NCBI GenBank assembly: GCA_001929475.1
Contig: LXFE01000243.1
Coordinates: 1 to 64,000, forward strand
Source of the DNA: Neolecta irregularis DAH-3
Taxonomy: Eukaryota
DNA length: 64,000 nucleotides
Reading direction: 5' to 3'
Positions within the stretch are counted from its first letter, which is position 1. Each line of letters starts with the position of its first letter. Shown here in pieces: positions 61,334-64,000 of the stretch. The notes below the pieces were generated by a model that was not told the DNA's origin, ran no database searches, and worked only from the letters and a program-made list of their open reading frames with translations. The position numbers and the translations under genes are program-made.

Positions 61334-63110
61334 TCATTCAACTAAATGCCATTGATACTCCAAAACTCCATCCCTTTTATATCTTACATTTTCCCTTAAG
61401 CTCTTCTTCTGAGAAATCCAATCATGGTCTATTTTCCAATTTACTCTTCGAGCTAGATCACAGACGATCTCATCGCACGGACCAAGGAGGCAGACGTCAA
61501 AATTCATATGTGTCACAGGCGTTTTTGAAATATAAATTTGCGGAATCATAGACAATATTCCAATCGTTTCGGCCACCGGTGAAACCTTTAGTGATGTTCC
61601 TGTTGTCAGCATTTGTTGAAAGTGAAGATACCTATTGCGATTAGGAGATCGGCTTTTTGTTTGTCCTTTTGGTGGAGAGTATCAAAAAATTCCAAGGGAA
61701 GATTCTCGTGGAAAAATATGATGTCAGGCTGGTGAAGTCAAGTCAAGCTCGATACCGGACAGAAATATACTTTCATAACACCCTGAGATCGCTCCTCTTC
61801 TTCATCACTTTCATTCTTCCTTTTTCTTCTTTTTCTTTTCATTTTCCCATTGGCGTGTTCCCGCATTGTCTTGGTACCTTCTTTAATGCACGCTGGGTTC
61901 GAGCAGTATGCAACAAGACCTGCTAGTATATCCCTTTCTATTTCCTTTCCAGGGACCTGTTGATGACACTGCATGCAAGAAGCGGTAGCGAAAGACCCGT
62001 GACATTGTACAATCTTCTCTCGAGGGAGACCACTTTTAAATTCCAAGTTATCAATATTCTGGGTGTAAATCCGTAGCAATTTGTGTTGTTCATAAAGGAC
62101 GCGTAGGAAGGCATGCGTTGGGCTTACCCTTTCTGTTTTGGGATATATTTTGTGGGCATAACGATAGAAAAGTCTTCATGTTATACCTTGGTATTAGGCA
62201 GAGGATACGTTGGATCCTGTTTGAATATATCATAGTTGAAGATTTCCTGGAATCAGTAGATTCAGACTGGAATAGCACTTGAGGATCTTGAACTTCACCG
62301 GAACCAGCGACATCAGCATAAATACCACGCGAGCTTCGAAAATCAGGAATTCCGAGGCTTGTGCTGATACCTAGATTGGCATAAGAAAAGTTCTCTAGGA
62401 ATTATTAAAGACCTGCACCTACGAGAACAACAATGTTCTTGCAGCGTTCCAGTAGTTTGACAACGTCGTCTGGCGTCCGGTATTCCTTTATTCGATCTCT
62501 TTTCCTCAGTTCTCGAAGAATCAGTCTTTTGAGCATCCTTTTGAGACTAAGTGTGTTTAGTAAACTTTATCAGTAAATTACGTACTCTGTCTCTTCAAAA
62601 TTCATACAAGATTCAAACTAATTCATGAGCATGAGACTAATGGGTTAGATGCCATGTTATATCCGAAGGCGCTGAACAATTTCAAAATCGGGATTTCCTG
62701 TTCTTTTAAGTGGTAATCCAGAAATTCCTCCCATTTTAGATCGCGCACTTTACATCTGATGTCAGTGGCCTCTTCCTTGGTGAAAGCCTCAGGATCTAAA
62801 TGAATTCAGCCGGAAGAGAGATATTACGATAGGCTATACGATCAACAGTTTCGGCGGGATCGCCCAGATTTTCGACCAAATCATCAACATAGGTGTTCGT
62901 GGACACATTTGACTCAGTGTCCGAATCTTCTGGTGATACTGACTTATACCTCTTGTGAGAAGAAGAGTATTCGCAGCTCGAATTAATTTGGGATCGCTTG
63001 GAAACCTGGACGGCAGTGGAAAGCGAGATATTCGAATCGGGTGTTAGATGCTCTCTTGTAGCGAAACCGTTTTCTTGCAAAGGTCTTTCTGTTCCGGTAT
63101 TGGAAATCAT
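61334..63110 (-). CDS. SIR2: NAD-dependent deacetylase, Sir2/Hst1 class
   Basis: VVLVGA|GISTSLGIPDFRS, YTQNIDNLE, QCHGSFATASC, PDIIFFHE, GTSLKVSPVAE, LLGPCD. Confidence 0.93.
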
Positions 63111-63617
63111 TTAATTGCAATGAAAGTATGGGAGTAGAGAATTTGCAAGTACAAATTTGTCGTACGTTAACGCGAACCACAAACAATGACAGGTTGTTTT
63201 TTCTTCAACATTTTTTTAATGTGAAATGTTTTTAGTTCTCTATGACCCGATTGATGAGCATCTAGTTCTCTTCGGTTCTCCATAGACCAATTGTTTAGCA
63301 TCTCATAGTTTAGGTTATGTTGATAGAATTTCGATCTACATGCTGGGATATTCCGTGAAAACAAAGGAATTAAAGGTGATCACGGTGATATATGCCGAAA
63401 ATTTTTGTTTGAAGTTCGGAGAACATGTGTTTGCCATATGATTGTGGTGTCCTCTAAAAACCTTATGTACAGCAAGCTCTTCCGAGTTGCTAAAACATTG
63501 GTAGCACAAGATATCCAAGCCTTAAATCCCTTCTTACAAATTCCAACATTAAGTCGTTGAGTAGTCATGCAGAGGTTTCGCTGCTTCAATATCGATTGCG
63601 AACCTTGATGTTTTATC

Positions 63618-63853
63618 ATGGTAGAGCTAAATTCGAACCTATCCTCGCAAATCCGAGTCTGAAACCGAACCCGATAAAGAAAATTCACTGAATATTGATC
63701 ATAGAGAACAAAACCTCAGACTAGTCTTAGCGGGAAAAAACTGACTCTGGAATTCACAAGTCTTTTCCTTTCAATATTCCTGGTTTCTTTGGACCAGACT
63801 ATCGTGGCCACTGCTCTCCCAGTAATTACAAGCCGACTTAATGCTTTGAATCA
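63618..63853 (+). pseudogene. 5' fragment of a DHA2-type MFS drug transporter
   Basis: LFLSIFLVSLDQTIVATALPVITSRL; the upstream part is frameshifted and no continuation is recognisable. Confidence 0.6.
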
Positions 63854-64000
63854 AGTCTTTTCATTATTCTCCAATCTAGCAGCAATTGATCTATACGATT
63901 GTCGTGTTTAAAGTTGGGAGAACATGGGTTTGCCACGCAATTTTGGTGTCCTCTGAAGATCCTCTACACACCAAACTTGTCGCGACGAACGGTATGGTGT

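Overview
Gene-dense eukaryotic (fungal) chromosome segment with very short spliceosomal introns (mostly 32-45 nt). The compactness and a Ras P-loop reading GDGG, as in fission yeast, suggest an early-diverging ascomycete (Taphrinomycotina, Neolecta-like); this is an inference. About 25 protein-coding genes are recognisable: DDB1 (5' end), Ras, Asi-type RING E3, VAMP7, FIP1, DCN1, RPC17, SPT5, TYW1, URA2, ULA1, NUP49-like, ArsB-type permease, GT25, MFS transporter, hybrid histidine kinase, SIR2, two F-box genes and others. Highlights: (1) a nuclear, intron-containing gene for a bacterial-type RNase P protein (RnpA, RNR motif) at 56506-57440, a candidate partner for a mitochondrial RNase P RNA; (2) a 2.8-kb non-autonomous PIF/Harbinger 'Pack' element (38693-41487) with an intact Myb/SANT ORF and captured host-gene fragments, including DDB1, whose own gene lies at the left edge of the window, plus a MITE with the same TIR; (3) a decayed Dicer-like pseudogene; (4) at least ten GC-AG introns and one apparent GT-TG intron; (5) solo LTRs, MITEs, hAT and Ginger-like relics, one strongly CpG-depleted; (6) sharp GC-skew flips. 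All calls come from manual reading and recalled motifs; no database searches were run.
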